A stretch of 64,000 bases of DNA. It comes from an uncultured candidatus Porisulfidus sp. (lineage in GTDB: Bacteria > Pseudomonadota > Gammaproteobacteria > Poriferisulfidales > Poriferisulfidaceae). Every line of letters begins with the position of its first letter. The first letter of the stretch is position 1. Below are positions 1 to 14,666 of this stretch, piece by piece. Location of the stretch: positions 1,920,001-1,984,000 of the forward strand of contig OZ220480.1 in NCBI GenBank assembly GCA_965116025.1, given 5' to 3'. Below the pieces are notes generated by a model that was given only the letters and a program-made list of their open reading frames with translations, did not search any database and was not told where the DNA came from. Made by a program: the position numbers and the translations under genes.

Positions 1-887
1 TAAGGATCCGCCTGCTCGTCCACCAGGCGGAACTCCAGCGTGGCGGTCGCGCCCAGGATTTCCTTCGCCCGCGCCGTGTCCTGCACGCCAGGCAGCTGCA
101 CCACGATCCTGGTGCGTCCCTGCTGTTGAATCACCGGTTCCGCGACGCCCAACTCGTTGACTCGCTTGCGCAGGGTCACCAGGTTTTGGCTGATGGCGTT
201 GCGGCGGATCTCGTCGCGCGTGGTCTGGGTCAGTCGCATGACCACCGATGGTTGTCGTCCCTCGCTTTCTTCCACGGTCACGTCGAAGATGCCGAAGTAC
301 TCGTCCTCGACCGCCTCCTCGATTCGCTCGAGCGTCTCCGCGTCGCGGGCCAGCGCATGCAATTCCTCCCCATGCGCTCGCACCCCTCGAGATCGAATGT
401 CTCGCTCGCGCAGCAGGGTCCGGACCTCCGCCGCGTATCGAGCGTACGCCTTGTCGATCGAGGCGTCCAAGTCAACTTCCAGCAGAAAGTGCACGCCACC
501 GCGCAAATCCAGCCCTAGGTTCATCGGGTGCGCGTTCAGCGCCGCGAGCCAGCCTGGCGTGGACGGAGCTAGATGCAACGCGACCGAGAAGCGATCCGAC
601 AGGGCGTCGCGGAGCGCGTCCGCGGCCTTCAGCTGGTCTTCCGGGTCGGAGAACCGAACCAGCAGGGACTCCTCCCCGTCACGCTCGACCTGACGGTGGG
701 AAATTCCCTTCAGCTTGAGAATTTGCTCGACCCGCTCCCGCTCCGCCTCCCCGACGGCGATCCTCGACGAGGAGACCTGCACCGAGGGGTCCGACGGGTA
801 CAGATTCGGAGCCGCGTAGAAAGCCGCGATTAACGGAACGCCGATCACCAGGAGGTTCTTCCACCATGGGTACTGGTTCGCTTTCAT
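1..887 (-). CDS. secD: Protein translocase subunit SecD (N-terminal part; runs off the window)
   Basis: Manual translation from ATG 887: MKANQYPWWKNLLVIG...PNLYPSDPSVQV...MNLGLDLRGGVHFLLEVD...RVNELGVAEPVIQQQG...IVVQLPGVQD; lies directly downstream of yajC. Confidence 0.95.
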   Translation of the reverse strand, partial: MKANQYPWWKNLLVIGVPLIAAFYAAPNLYPSDPSVQVSSSRIAVGEAERERVEQILKLKGISHRQVERDGEESLLVRFSDPEDQLKAADALRDALSDRFSVALHLAPSTPGWLAALNAHPMNLGLDLRGGVHFLLEVDLDASIDKAYARYAAEVRTLLRERDIRSRGVRAHGEELHALARDAETLERIEEAVEDEYFGIFDVTVEESEGRQPSVVMRLTQTTRDEIRRNAISQNLVTLRKRVNELGVAEPVIQQQGRTRIVVQLPGVQDTARAKEILGATATLEFRLVDEQADP

Positions 888-924
888 GGACAAGCCCGAG
901 AATCGCCGGTCGAGCGGACCGTGA

Positions 925-1251
925 TCAATCGCTTTTCGCGAGCGACCCCTTCGGCAAGACGTTGCTGACCGAATCCCGGCGCAGGCGGACCTCCACGCCC
1001 TTCGCCAGTTCCAGACGCACCGTGCTGGATCCGATATGCGTGATCCGCCCCATCAGGCCACCGTTAGTGGACACCTCGTCGCCCTTTCGCAAGGATTCGA
1101 TCAAGGCGCGATGCTCCTTGACTCGCTTGTTCTGCGGACGAATGATCATGAAATACATGATCGCGAAGAAAATCGCGATCATGGCGAACATGGACCAACC
1201 GCCCATAGCGCCCGCCGCGTCCTGCGCCATCGCGTCGTCGATCAGAATCAT
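925..1251 (-). CDS. yajC: Preprotein translocase subunit YajC
   Basis: YFMIIRPQNKRVKEH...LRKGDEVSTNGGLMG motif, single TM, upstream of secD. Confidence 0.96.
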   Translation of the reverse strand: MILIDDAMAQDAAGAMGGWSMFAMIAIFFAIMYFMIIRPQNKRVKEHRALIESLRKGDEVSTNGGLMGRITHIGSSTVRLELAKGVEVRLRRDSVSNVLPKGSLAKSD

Positions 1252-1355
1252 GGAGCCGAATGCGTCGGTTTCGAGTGGGACGCATTATGCCATAAGGGGC
1301 GCCTTCAATGGAAAGGCGCCCTCGGGCCGGAACGCTCGTCGTTAGCGGCGCTCGC

Positions 1356-2624
1356 TTACTGAAACACCGCCTCGGGATCGTCCAAGCTGTCCGATCCCTC
1401 GAATTCGACCGTTCCCAATTTCAGGGCCGCCGCCGCGCCTTCGATGCCGCCAGTCTGGACCCGCAGCGCGTTGATGGCCGCCTGCACGCGGGCGTTGCCC
1501 GCGGCGTTGTCGGCACCGATCATCTGGTCGTAAGCCTCGCCGCCTTTCGCGCTTTCCACAAGTCGCTCCATCGCCTCCATAGTGGAGTCCAACTGCTCGC
1601 GCAAACGCCGGTCCGCGTCGGGCGAGGCGGCCGCGACCAGAGACGATATCCCTGGACCTCGTAGCGTCGAGCCATCCACGCGCCGGTATTCTCCGAGGTA
1701 GATATTCCGGATGCCGAGCGCGTCGTAATAGTGCGAATAGTGCGTATTGTCGCTGAAGCAGTCATGCTCCTCTTCCGGATCGTGCAGCAGCAAGCCCAGT
1801 TGCATGCGCTCTCCCGCGAGCTCGCCATAAGACAGGCTGCCCATGCCCGCGATGATCGTGGTCAGGCCCCGCTCGACCGCGCCATCAAGCAACCCCGTCC
1901 GGGCCGCGCCATCCGGCCCCCACTGGGCATGCATCCAAGCGAGATCGTCGACCAGCAGGTCGGTCGCGGCTTTCAGATAGGCCGCCCGGCGCTCGCAATT
2001 TCCCCAAGAGCAACCGTTCGGGTCGAAATCGCTCGCGGGGCGGACGCCAGCGCCGGGGCCCGTGCCGTTGAGATCCTGGCCCCACAGAAGAAACTCGACC
2101 GCGTGATATCCGGTCGCCACGTTCGCCTCGACGCCGCCGATCTCATGGAGCGTGTCCGCGAGCAAGGCTTTGGTGATTTTCGTCGCGTCGACGGTTTGCC
2201 CGCCGAACTCGAAGCGCGGGCTCGCGATGACGTTGGCCCGGTAGCCCGGGTTCTCCTCGGACTCCGCTCCGTAGCTGGCCGAAACGTAGTCGATCAGGCC
2301 CTCATCCAGCGGCCAGGCGTTCACCTTGCCTTCCCAGTCATCGACGATCGCGTTTCCAAAGCGGTAGACCTCGCTCTGCTGGTAGGGAACGCGCGAGGCC
2401 TTCCACGCCGTCCGCGCCGCTTCCAGATTCTCCGTGGTCGGCCGAGCGATCAACCGATCCACGGCGGCCTGCAGGTCGCGCGCGGTGGAGAGGGAATCCC
2501 CATACACGGCGTGAGCCAGATCGGCGTAGTGGACCAGCACCGCTCGTTCCGCATCGCCGGCGAAGGCGGGCGTGGACGCGAGCGCCATGCTGGCCGCGGC
2601 CAGAAGAATTCGCTTTGGTTTCAT
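1356..2624 (-). CDS. Imelysin family (peptidase M75 / IrpA-like) iron-regulated periplasmic protein
   Basis: Signal peptide; VNAWPLDEGLIDYV, GYHAVEFLLWGQD and EEEHDCFSDNT motifs. Confidence 0.92.
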   Translation of the reverse strand: MKPKRILLAAASMALASTPAFAGDAERAVLVHYADLAHAVYGDSLSTARDLQAAVDRLIARPTTENLEAARTAWKASRVPYQQSEVYRFGNAIVDDWEGKVNAWPLDEGLIDYVSASYGAESEENPGYRANVIASPRFEFGGQTVDATKITKALLADTLHEIGGVEANVATGYHAVEFLLWGQDLNGTGPGAGVRPASDFDPNGCSWGNCERRAAYLKAATDLLVDDLAWMHAQWGPDGAARTGLLDGAVERGLTTIIAGMGSLSYGELAGERMQLGLLLHDPEEEHDCFSDNTHYSHYYDALGIRNIYLGEYRRVDGSTLRGPGISSLVAAASPDADRRLREQLDSTMEAMERLVESAKGGEAYDQMIGADNAAGNARVQAAINALRVQTGGIEGAAAALKLGTVEFEGSDSLDDPEAVFQ

Positions 2625-2670
2625 GTCGTCATCTCCTCAAAGGCAAATAAAGAAACTGATAGTCCTCCGA

Positions 2671-4125
2671 TCAGAATTCGGCCGCGAGCTGGACCGTGAT
2701 GGTGTCGGCGTTCTCGTCGGTGCCCACGAAACCGCATTCGGTTTCCGTGTCGTCACTGTTATAGGAGCAATTCGCCGACTCATCGGTGTCGTAGTCCTCG
2801 TCATGCGCCCACTCGACGCCGAGGGCAACCCCTTCCGCCAGCTCGATCGACCCGGCAAGCATGAAACGAGTCTTCGGTAGCTCCAGCCCCACCGCGTCGT
2901 CGGTGCCCTGCATGCCGATCGCGAGGTTGGCCGCGCGCGTTCCGATCATGAAATCGTAGCCCGCCTCAATCATCCAACTAGATGGCTTGGCGCCACGGTT
3001 TTGGTACTCCATCTCCTCATCCGCGTTTGTGACCAGAGAGCCGCCGTACGATAGCGCGTCCGCCTGAAAGCGCTCGGTCGCGGCCAGATACTCGGCCATC
3101 AGCGCGACGTCTCCGTAGCGGAAGCGAGCGCTGGCGGCGATGCCAGAAACCTTGTCGGCGTAGGTGGCCGGAACATCATCCTCGGAAAGCGCAACCACTT
3201 CCTCGGCGATCTTCTCAATGCAGTCCAGCACGTCTTGGTTCGTGCTTGGCGATTCGGCCAAGCATGTGCGATCAACCGCGTCGCTCACCGTCGCCAAGCC
3301 CGCGGCCACCAAGTTTCCGCTCACGGCATCCTGCAGAGCATCCGTATCGCCAATATCGTCGACGTAGGCCACGTCCAGCCCAAACTCCGTGCCGTCGCCT
3401 TCCATCGCGTAGCCGAGCGCGACCCCCAGGTTATCGAGCCGGTTGTCACCATCCTCGCTGTTCTCTCCGTTGTAGAGGAACGCCGATCCATACAGATTCT
3501 CGCCCTCAACGCTCAGCATGAACGTCGTGTCCCGAGTCTCTCCGAGCTCCAGCGTCAGCGAATCCGAGATCATGTTGCTCTCGAACACCCCGAACGGAAG
3601 ATACGTTCTCCCCCCGGTGATGGCCCAAGGACCGTCCGGCGGCGCGATGGTCAGGGTCGCGATATCGACATCGATGTTGTCATCGTTCTCGTCTTCCTCG
3701 AACAGGAGGACAATCTCGCCGCTCACCCAATCGTGCATTCGCGCGGCCACGCCCAGCTCGACCGTCGCCACGACCGCGTCCGACTCGCTGTCGCCCTCGT
3801 AGGGGTCCTCGTAGCCCCCCTCCACCTCGATGAGGCCGGTGATCTCGACGCTATCGGACCAGTGGGCGCCTTCCTCGGCATGCGAGGCGGCGGCCGCTTC
3901 AGCCGCCTGCGCGGTCTCTTCCACCCGCGCGCCCAACTTGTGGATCAGGCGATCTTTCTCGACGATCACCTTGTTCTGATCGACGACGCGCTGCTCCAAG
4001 CGCTGAATTCTCCGCTCCAGGTCGGCGAGCCGCTCGGCTACCGACTTGCCGTGTCCATCCGCGAAAGCGGGCGCGTGGCAGATCAACGCGACGAGGCTCG
4101 TCACGGTCAAGAATTTCCGGTTCAT
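2671..4125 (-). CDS. LbtU-family (siderophore/metal) outer-membrane porin
   Basis: Signal peptide, N-terminal coiled coil, GLIEVE...YLPFGVFESNMISDSLTLELGET motif, C-terminal TVQLAAEF beta-signal. Confidence 0.8.
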   Translation of the reverse strand: MNRKFLTVTSLVALICHAPAFADGHGKSVAERLADLERRIQRLEQRVVDQNKVIVEKDRLIHKLGARVEETAQAAEAAAASHAEEGAHWSDSVEITGLIEVEGGYEDPYEGDSESDAVVATVELGVAARMHDWVSGEIVLLFEEDENDDNIDVDIATLTIAPPDGPWAITGGRTYLPFGVFESNMISDSLTLELGETRDTTFMLSVEGENLYGSAFLYNGENSEDGDNRLDNLGVALGYAMEGDGTEFGLDVAYVDDIGDTDALQDAVSGNLVAAGLATVSDAVDRTCLAESPSTNQDVLDCIEKIAEEVVALSEDDVPATYADKVSGIAASARFRYGDVALMAEYLAATERFQADALSYGGSLVTNADEEMEYQNRGAKPSSWMIEAGYDFMIGTRAANLAIGMQGTDDAVGLELPKTRFMLAGSIELAEGVALGVEWAHDEDYDTDESANCSYNSDDTETECGFVGTDENADTITVQLAAEF

Positions 4126-4212
4126 TCGTTCTCTCCTTTCGAAAAAGTCTGTTGGTGGTGGGATCCGTCCGGCCCGCGCGGCGCGGGCCTTCCAGAATCC
4201 ACATTATATCCG

Positions 4213-4235
4213 ATGTTGTAACAATATAACGTTTC
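4213..4235 (-). promoter_or_regulatory. Possible Zur-like operator beside a TATAAT -10 element upstream of the porin
   Basis: Minus strand GAAACGTTATATTGTTACAACAT, about 15/22 match to the Zur consensus GAAATGTTATA-N-TATAACATTTC; minus-strand TATAAT at 4203-4208. Confidence 0.4.
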
Positions 4236-4445
4236 TCCCTTGGCCGGAAGGTCCGCGGACGACTCCCCGGTCCAAGCGTGAACGCGCCAAAAACTACGCC
4301 GCGACGAGCGACCGGCCTGATCCCGGTCTTCCACTGGCGCATGCTGCTCCGCGAGCTTCTCCTTTCGGGCGCGGGGCGCGCTCGCTGGCGCGGAACGCAG
4401 ACTCAGGACGTTCCCAGTGGAGAGAGAAAATGTAATACTAATAGT

Positions 4446-4464
4446 CATAATGAGAATCATTATC
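4446..4464. promoter_or_regulatory. Fur box in the divergent promoter region
   Basis: CATAATGAGAATCATTATC = 17/19 match to GATAATGATAATCATTATC; overlaps a minus-strand TTGACA(4481-4486)-16bp-GATAAT promoter; flanked by iron-uptake genes. Confidence 0.88.
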
Positions 4465-4513
4465 ACTCTAAATTTGATTTTGTCAAGCCTTTCTCGCGGG
4501 AGATAATACGCTC

Positions 4514-6031
4514 ATGCCATGCGCTTTCCTCTCACGCCAGCCCGGAGCGAGCGTCCCCCTCGCGTTGGCGACCGCCTGCGTTTTCATGGCGCTTCCTCTT
4601 CCCGCGGCGGAACCCGCGCGGGACCAAGCCCGCGTCGATCGCGTCACGGGACCAACTGACGACTTCACCCGCCCCGAAGCCTACGAGCTCCGGCCTGGGG
4701 GAGCCGCGACGAGTTTCAAGATTCCCAATCGCGACGCCTTCTCCCACCCCTCCGCCAACATGCCGCCCGCGCGCCAACTCGAGTTTCACGTCGGCGACGG
4801 CATTTTCCGGAAGCTTTGGGTTTCCTCGCCCAGCTCGACCGTCTCCTCGGACGGTCTCGGCCCCCTGTTCAACGCGCGCTCTTGCCAACGTTGCCACCTC
4901 AAGGACGGCCGGGGCCGTCCGCCCATCGCGGGCGAGCGCCCCGAATCTTTTCTGCTCCACCTCTCGGTCCCGCCGCGCGACGAGAAAGAGCGAACCGCGA
5001 TCCAAAACCATCGGCTGGCGAGCGTTCCAGAGCCCGCCTACGGCGACCAGCTCCAGAACTACTCGGTCCAGGCGGTCCCCGCCGAAGGCGAGGCGACGAT
5101 CTCCTACCGCGAAATCCCGACGCCCTTGGCCGACGGAGAGATGGCGAGCCTGCGCGCCCCAATCTACGGCATTGAGAGCCTCCGTTATGGCCCCCTCCAC
5201 CCCGACACGATGATATCGCCCCGGGTCGCCCCGCCCGTCATCGGCATGGGCTTGCTGGAAGCCATTCCGGAAGCCGATATCCTGGCCGGCGCCGACCCGG
5301 ACGACCGCGATGGCGACGGCATCTCGGGGCGGGCGCGCTGGGTGTGGAACGACGAGCGTGGAAAGAAGGCGCTGGGCCGCTTCGGGTGGAAAGCCGGACA
5401 GCCCACCGTCGCGCAGCAAGCGGCGGTCGCCCTGCGCAAGGACATCGGCATCTCCTCCCCGCTCTATCCCGCTCCATATGGCGACTGCTCCCCGAAGCAG
5501 GAGAAATGCCTTCACGCGCGCCATGGCGCGCCCGATCCAGAATCCGCCGAAATCAGCCAGAAGCTGCTCGACCTCCTGGTTTTCTACAATCGCAACCTGG
5601 CCGTCCCGGCGCGGCGCCGCGTAGCCGACCCCCAGACGCTGGAAGGAAAGCGTCTGTTCTACGAAGCCAACTGCGTCGGTTGTCACCGACCCAAGTTCGT
5701 GACCCGAAGGGACTCCATCGGGGAGGAGCAGTCCTTCCAGCTGATCTGGCCCTATACCGACCTGTTGCTGCACGACATGGGCGAGGGGCTGGCGGACGAC
5801 CGACCGGAGGGCGGCGCCTCTGGACGCGAATGGAGGACCCCGCCGCTATGGGGCGTCGGCCTGACCAAAACGGTCAGCGGACACACGCTGTTCCTGCACG
5901 ACGGTCGGGCCCGGAACCTGCTTGAGGCCATTCTCTGGCACGGCGGCGAGGCCGAGGCCGCGAAACGGCGCGTCGTCGCCATGACGAGGGAAGAGCGCGC
6001 CGCCCTGCTCGCCTTCCTGAACTCGCTGTAG
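4514..6031 (+). CDS. Di-heme oxidoreductase family protein (DUF1111, two CxxCH motifs)
   Basis: DGLGPLFNARSCQRCH and CVGCH heme motifs, EWRTPPLWG, LHDGRARNLLEAILWHGGEA; usual partner of imelysins. Confidence 0.92.
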   Translation: MPCAFLSRQPGASVPLALATACVFMALPLPAAEPARDQARVDRVTGPTDDFTRPEAYELRPGGAATSFKIPNRDAFSHPSANMPPARQLEFHVGDGIFRKLWVSSPSSTVSSDGLGPLFNARSCQRCHLKDGRGRPPIAGERPESFLLHLSVPPRDEKERTAIQNHRLASVPEPAYGDQLQNYSVQAVPAEGEATISYREIPTPLADGEMASLRAPIYGIESLRYGPLHPDTMISPRVAPPVIGMGLLEAIPEADILAGADPDDRDGDGISGRARWVWNDERGKKALGRFGWKAGQPTVAQQAAVALRKDIGISSPLYPAPYGDCSPKQEKCLHARHGAPDPESAEISQKLLDLLVFYNRNLAVPARRRVADPQTLEGKRLFYEANCVGCHRPKFVTRRDSIGEEQSFQLIWPYTDLLLHDMGEGLADDRPEGGASGREWRTPPLWGVGLTKTVSGHTLFLHDGRARNLLEAILWHGGEAEAAKRRVVAMTREERAALLAFLNSL

Positions 6032-6139
6032 CGGCGGGGCGAAAACCCTCCTTAAATTCGGCGACATCCTCGCGCGCTCCGACGCGATGGTCCTCAGCGT
6101 CCGCGACGGAAACGCGGTTCGGGATCTCCCGCCACCCAG

Positions 6140-10696
<4,557 letters not shown>

Positions 10697-10700
<4 letters not shown>

Positions 10701-10894
10701 GCCAGCCATCGCGTGACATACAGCAGCAGCACGCCCAAAGTGACCGCGATCAGTCCCATCATCCGGAACTGCGGGGTCGGAAGCTGGACCATCCGCATCA
10801 TCATGCGGCGCGCGAGATCCGGGTTCAGGAGAGCGACGAGGCCCTCCAGCATGAGCACCAACGCGATGGCCGCCAGTACGAATTCCCACTGCAT
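10697..10894 (-). CDS. DUF2065 (YjeT-like) small membrane protein
   Basis: LALVLMLEG-like and RMMG motifs, 2 TM; canonical position after hflC. Confidence 0.88.
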
Positions 10895-10909
10895 GGCGGG
10901 GAAGCGGCG

Positions 10910-11770
10910 TTACTTCTTGAGCTGCTTGAAGTATTGAAAGAACTCCGAGTCCGGCTCCACGACCAGCACGTCGCCCTTGTCTCGGAACGTATTGATATAG
11001 GCGCTCAGGCTGCGGGTGAACGCGAAGAACTCGGGATCCTGATTGTAGGCCTCGGCGTAGATCTCGGTCGAGCGGGCGTCGCCCTCGCCCCGGATCTTCT
11101 CGGCGTCGCGATACGCCTCAGCCTGAATGACGGTCCGCTGACGATCAGCGTCGGCGCGGATGCGCTCGGCCGTCTCTTGCCCGCGGGCGCGGAAGTCCTT
11201 GGCGGTGCGGCTGCGCTCCGCCCGCATTCTTCGGTAGACCGAGTCGCTGACCTCGTCCGGCAACTCGATGCGACTGATGCGAACGTCCACCACCTCGATG
11301 CCCAAGTCGCGCGCCAGCCGATTGGACTGCACCTGCAACACGTTCATGATCTCGTGGCGCTCGCCCGAGATCGCCTCCTGAATGGTGCGCACGCCGAACT
11401 GGTTCTTGAGGCCATCCTTGACGATCTGAGTCAGCCGCCCCTCCGCGCGGGCTCGGTCGCCCTGGGTGGCGCGGAAGTACTCGCTGACGTTCTTGATGCG
11501 CCATTTGACGAAGAAATCGACCGACACGTTCTTCTTCTCGCTGGTCAGGAACAGCTCCGGCTTGGAGTCCAGCGACAGCACCCGGGCATCGAACCTCTGC
11601 GCGTTGTTGACGAACGGCATCTGGAAGTGCAGGCCAGGCTCCAGACCCGCTCGGCGGATCTCGCCCAGCTGGAACACGATCGCCGTCTCGGTCTGACGCA
11701 CATAGAAGGTGCAAGCCCATACCAGGACCGCCACGATTCCGGCCGCGATCAGGCGCGCCTGCATGCTCAT
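10910..11770 (-). CDS. hflC: FtsH modulator HflC
   Basis: SPFH domain, GLHFQMPFV, RMRAERSR, DPEFFAFTRSL. Confidence 0.97.
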   Translation of the reverse strand: MSMQARLIAAGIVAVLVWACTFYVRQTETAIVFQLGEIRRAGLEPGLHFQMPFVNNAQRFDARVLSLDSKPELFLTSEKKNVSVDFFVKWRIKNVSEYFRATQGDRARAEGRLTQIVKDGLKNQFGVRTIQEAISGERHEIMNVLQVQSNRLARDLGIEVVDVRISRIELPDEVSDSVYRRMRAERSRTAKDFRARGQETAERIRADADRQRTVIQAEAYRDAEKIRGEGDARSTEIYAEAYNQDPEFFAFTRSLSAYINTFRDKGDVLVVEPDSEFFQYFKQLKK

Positions 11771-11771
11771 G

Positions 11772-12911
11772 TCAACGTCCCTCCCTCAAACGCGGGAGGA
11801 TTCCGGAGCTCGTCGAGCCGCCTCCCCTCTCCCCGGTGGAGGACCCCGGCTCACGCACCGGAGCCTCGCGTCGATCCAGAATGCGGTCCAGCGGCAGGAA
11901 CAGCATGTTGCTTCCCTTGTCCACGTCGACCACCACCTTGGAAGAGTTGGACAACACCGACTCCACCGCCGTGAGGTACATGCGCTGGCGGGTCACCTCT
12001 GGAGCCTTGCGGTACTCGGTGAGCAGCTGGGTGAAGCGGGAGGCCTCGCCCTCGGCGTTCGCGATCACCTGCGAGCGGTAGGCCTTCGCGTCTTCCAGCA
12101 TCCGCGCCGCCTCGCCGCGCGCCTGCGGAAGAACCTCGTTGGCGTACGCCTGCGCCTCATTCTTGTACCGCTCCATGTCCTCGCGCGCCTTGGTCGCGTC
12201 CTGGAAGGCGTCCTGCACCGCGTTCGGCGGCTGCGAATCTTCCAGGTTCACCGTCAGAATCTCGATGCCGGTGCCGTAGTCATCAAGGATTTCCTGCATC
12301 AGGGTCATGGTCCGGCTTCCGATCTCCGCGCGACCCTCGCGCAGGATGTAGTCCATGTTGTTACGCCCCACCACGGTGCGGATCGCGCTGTCGAGCACCC
12401 CGCAAATCGTGCTCTTGAAGCGACACGCCCGGTCGAACTCGATATCCGGGTTCTCAACGTTGAACAGGTAGTCCTCGGCGTTCTTGAGCCGGTACTGCAC
12501 CGAGAACTTGAGCTCGACGATGTTCTCGTCCTGGGTCAGCATGGTGGTGCGCTTCTCCACGCTCCGGTTCCCGGTCACGTTGACCACCTCCACGTTCTCG
12601 ATCGGATATGGGATATGCCAGCCCGGCCCCGGCATGGTGGTGCGCTCGTGCTTGCCGAAGCGGAGCACGACGCCCCGCTCGCTGGCCTCGACGATGTAGA
12701 AGCCGGACAGCAACCACAGGATCAGCAGCACCAGCAGGATGCCGCCGGCGCCGACCGACCATTTGCGGCCCCCGCCCTCGCCGCCACCGCCCGCCTTGCC
12801 AGCCAACCCGAACAGGCGTCGGAACAGCTTTCCGAACAGGTCATCCAAGTCCGGCGGCCCCTGACGCGCGTTGCGCTGCCACGGGTTCCCGCCATTGTCT
12901 TTCCAAGCCAT
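11772..12911 (-). CDS. hflK: FtsH modulator HflK
   Basis: MAW...NPW...GPPDLDD, MLTQDENIV, APEVTRQRMYL. Confidence 0.97.
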   Translation of the reverse strand: MAWKDNGGNPWQRNARQGPPDLDDLFGKLFRRLFGLAGKAGGGGEGGGRKWSVGAGGILLVLLILWLLSGFYIVEASERGVVLRFGKHERTTMPGPGWHIPYPIENVEVVNVTGNRSVEKRTTMLTQDENIVELKFSVQYRLKNAEDYLFNVENPDIEFDRACRFKSTICGVLDSAIRTVVGRNNMDYILREGRAEIGSRTMTLMQEILDDYGTGIEILTVNLEDSQPPNAVQDAFQDATKAREDMERYKNEAQAYANEVLPQARGEAARMLEDAKAYRSQVIANAEGEASRFTQLLTEYRKAPEVTRQRMYLTAVESVLSNSSKVVVDVDKGSNMLFLPLDRILDRREAPVREPGSSTGERGGGSTSSGILPRLREGR

Positions 12912-13031
12912 GAAGGTTCCGAATGAGGACATGGCTGGCTATTCTAGCAAAGGCGGAATCTCCCATGGAGACCGCGTGGCCCTTCCTTGCCGAGAACGAG
13001 AGTGGAGATGGCTCCTGGGGAGGAGGGACGA

Positions 13032-14624
13032 CTACGAGCGCGGCATGGACGGAAATAAGCCAGCCTGCCGTTCCCCGCGGGACCGCGCCGCCTCTGGCAA
13101 AAGTTCGGTGATCGCCTTCGCCGAAACGTTTCCCAGTTCCCTCGGCTCCAGCTTGCGCAACCCACCGCCATACACGCGACCCTCGTCCAGCAAGGCCCGT
13201 GGGTGGATCCGATTCAGGAAATCCCAGATCTGCCGCGTCAGTTCCGGCCGTCCTCGCAAAGCGCGCCGGATCGGCTCCTTCGGATACAGCATCAGGTACA
13301 CGTTCGCGGCCGTCGCCCTTGAATGGTTCAATATGAACCGAAAGGGCCGGCCGGACTTCTTGTCGCCGCGACCCAGATACGTGCAGACGATCGGAGCCGG
13401 CGGGCGATCTTCCTGCGCGTACCATCGCGCGCGACGCCGGCAAAGATAACCGTCGGCGACGCCGTTCGCCTTCCCCTCCCTCAAATAAATCCACAAATTC
13501 GGGTAACGCTCCCGGATCTCTCCCTCCGCCCATGGAGGATCGAGCAGAAACAGGCGGCGCTCAAGCACGGGATTTCCATCTCGATCTCCCATGACCTCGT
13601 CGACCGGCACATGCCGAGGACTCGGGAGGATCGGCCGAAACGCGGCCATCGGCAACTCGCGGCGCTCGATTTCCCGATCCGACAAGATAAAGTATCCGTT
13701 TCCGCCCGTGACCAGCCCTCTCTTGATCTGAAAGAAGTCTCCAAGCACCGGCCCGCCGACCGCCTCACGTCGCTCCCCCATCGGATAGCGCGTCCACTTC
13801 GATTCTTGGCGCAACCACTCCGTTGGAATTCTTCGATCCACCTTCGCCCGCTCCAACGTTCCCCCATAAGAGAATCGAGTCTCGTATCTCGCTCGCGGAC
13901 ATTCCTTGCGGAACCAAACCATGGCCGACGACACCAACGCGTCATCGAATTGCGCGTCTTTCGGATCAAAGCGATGAATATGAAGGAGCGTGACTCTGTC
14001 AAGCAAATACCGCTTCAGCGGAGCGCCGTAATTCACGTCCATGAATTCGCTCGGAATCAACCAACCCGCCAGCCCGCCATCAGCCATCCACGCATGACTC
14101 AAGGCCAGAAAATAGCAATACAGCCCGGCCAGCCCACCAACCCGCGCGCCGCGAGCCTCCCGCGCGCGTCCTCAACCGGTGTTTCTCGAACGATGGAATA
14201 TGGTGATGCCGCACATAGGGCGGATTGCATATCAATAAGTTGAATCTCCCGATGACATCCGGCGCCTCGGCTTTCGTGAAATCCTCCAAACGAACTTCCA
14301 GCCCCATTCCGCTCCAGAGGCGCGCTGCCGGCTCACCGTAACGCGAGTCGATCTCATACCCTACGGCGGCATCGACGCGTGAGCGCGGAAAGACGTTCAG
14401 CAACGCCGAATAGAACGCTCCCGTTCCAACCGCCGGGTCCAAGAAACGCGTCCTCTCGTCCTTTTTCCGAGGCGCGCTTTCGCGTAACGCAACATTGCGA
14501 CCGCCAAAGCTGTCGGAGTCGCGAATTGCCCCATCCGATTTCGCGCGCCCGAATCTTTTTGGGCATCAAGCCCCCGTTGCAGATCAATTCGCTCCGCTTC
14601 CAGTTCCGCGACATCTCTCCTCAT
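13032..14624 (-). pseudogene. Orphan N6-adenine DNA methyltransferase (Eco57I/XamI-like), split by two frameshifts
   Basis: Three consecutive frames carry GQFATP, (FL)DPAVGTG, NPPYVRHH and GLAGLYCYF/IPSEFMDVNYG; breaks at the A5 run (14462-14466) and the (CG)4 run (14161-14168); no adjacent endonuclease. Confidence 0.85.
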
Positions 14625-14666
14625 CGCCTCTGACTCGTCGAAATCCAGAGCGCGGGAAAAACGCGA

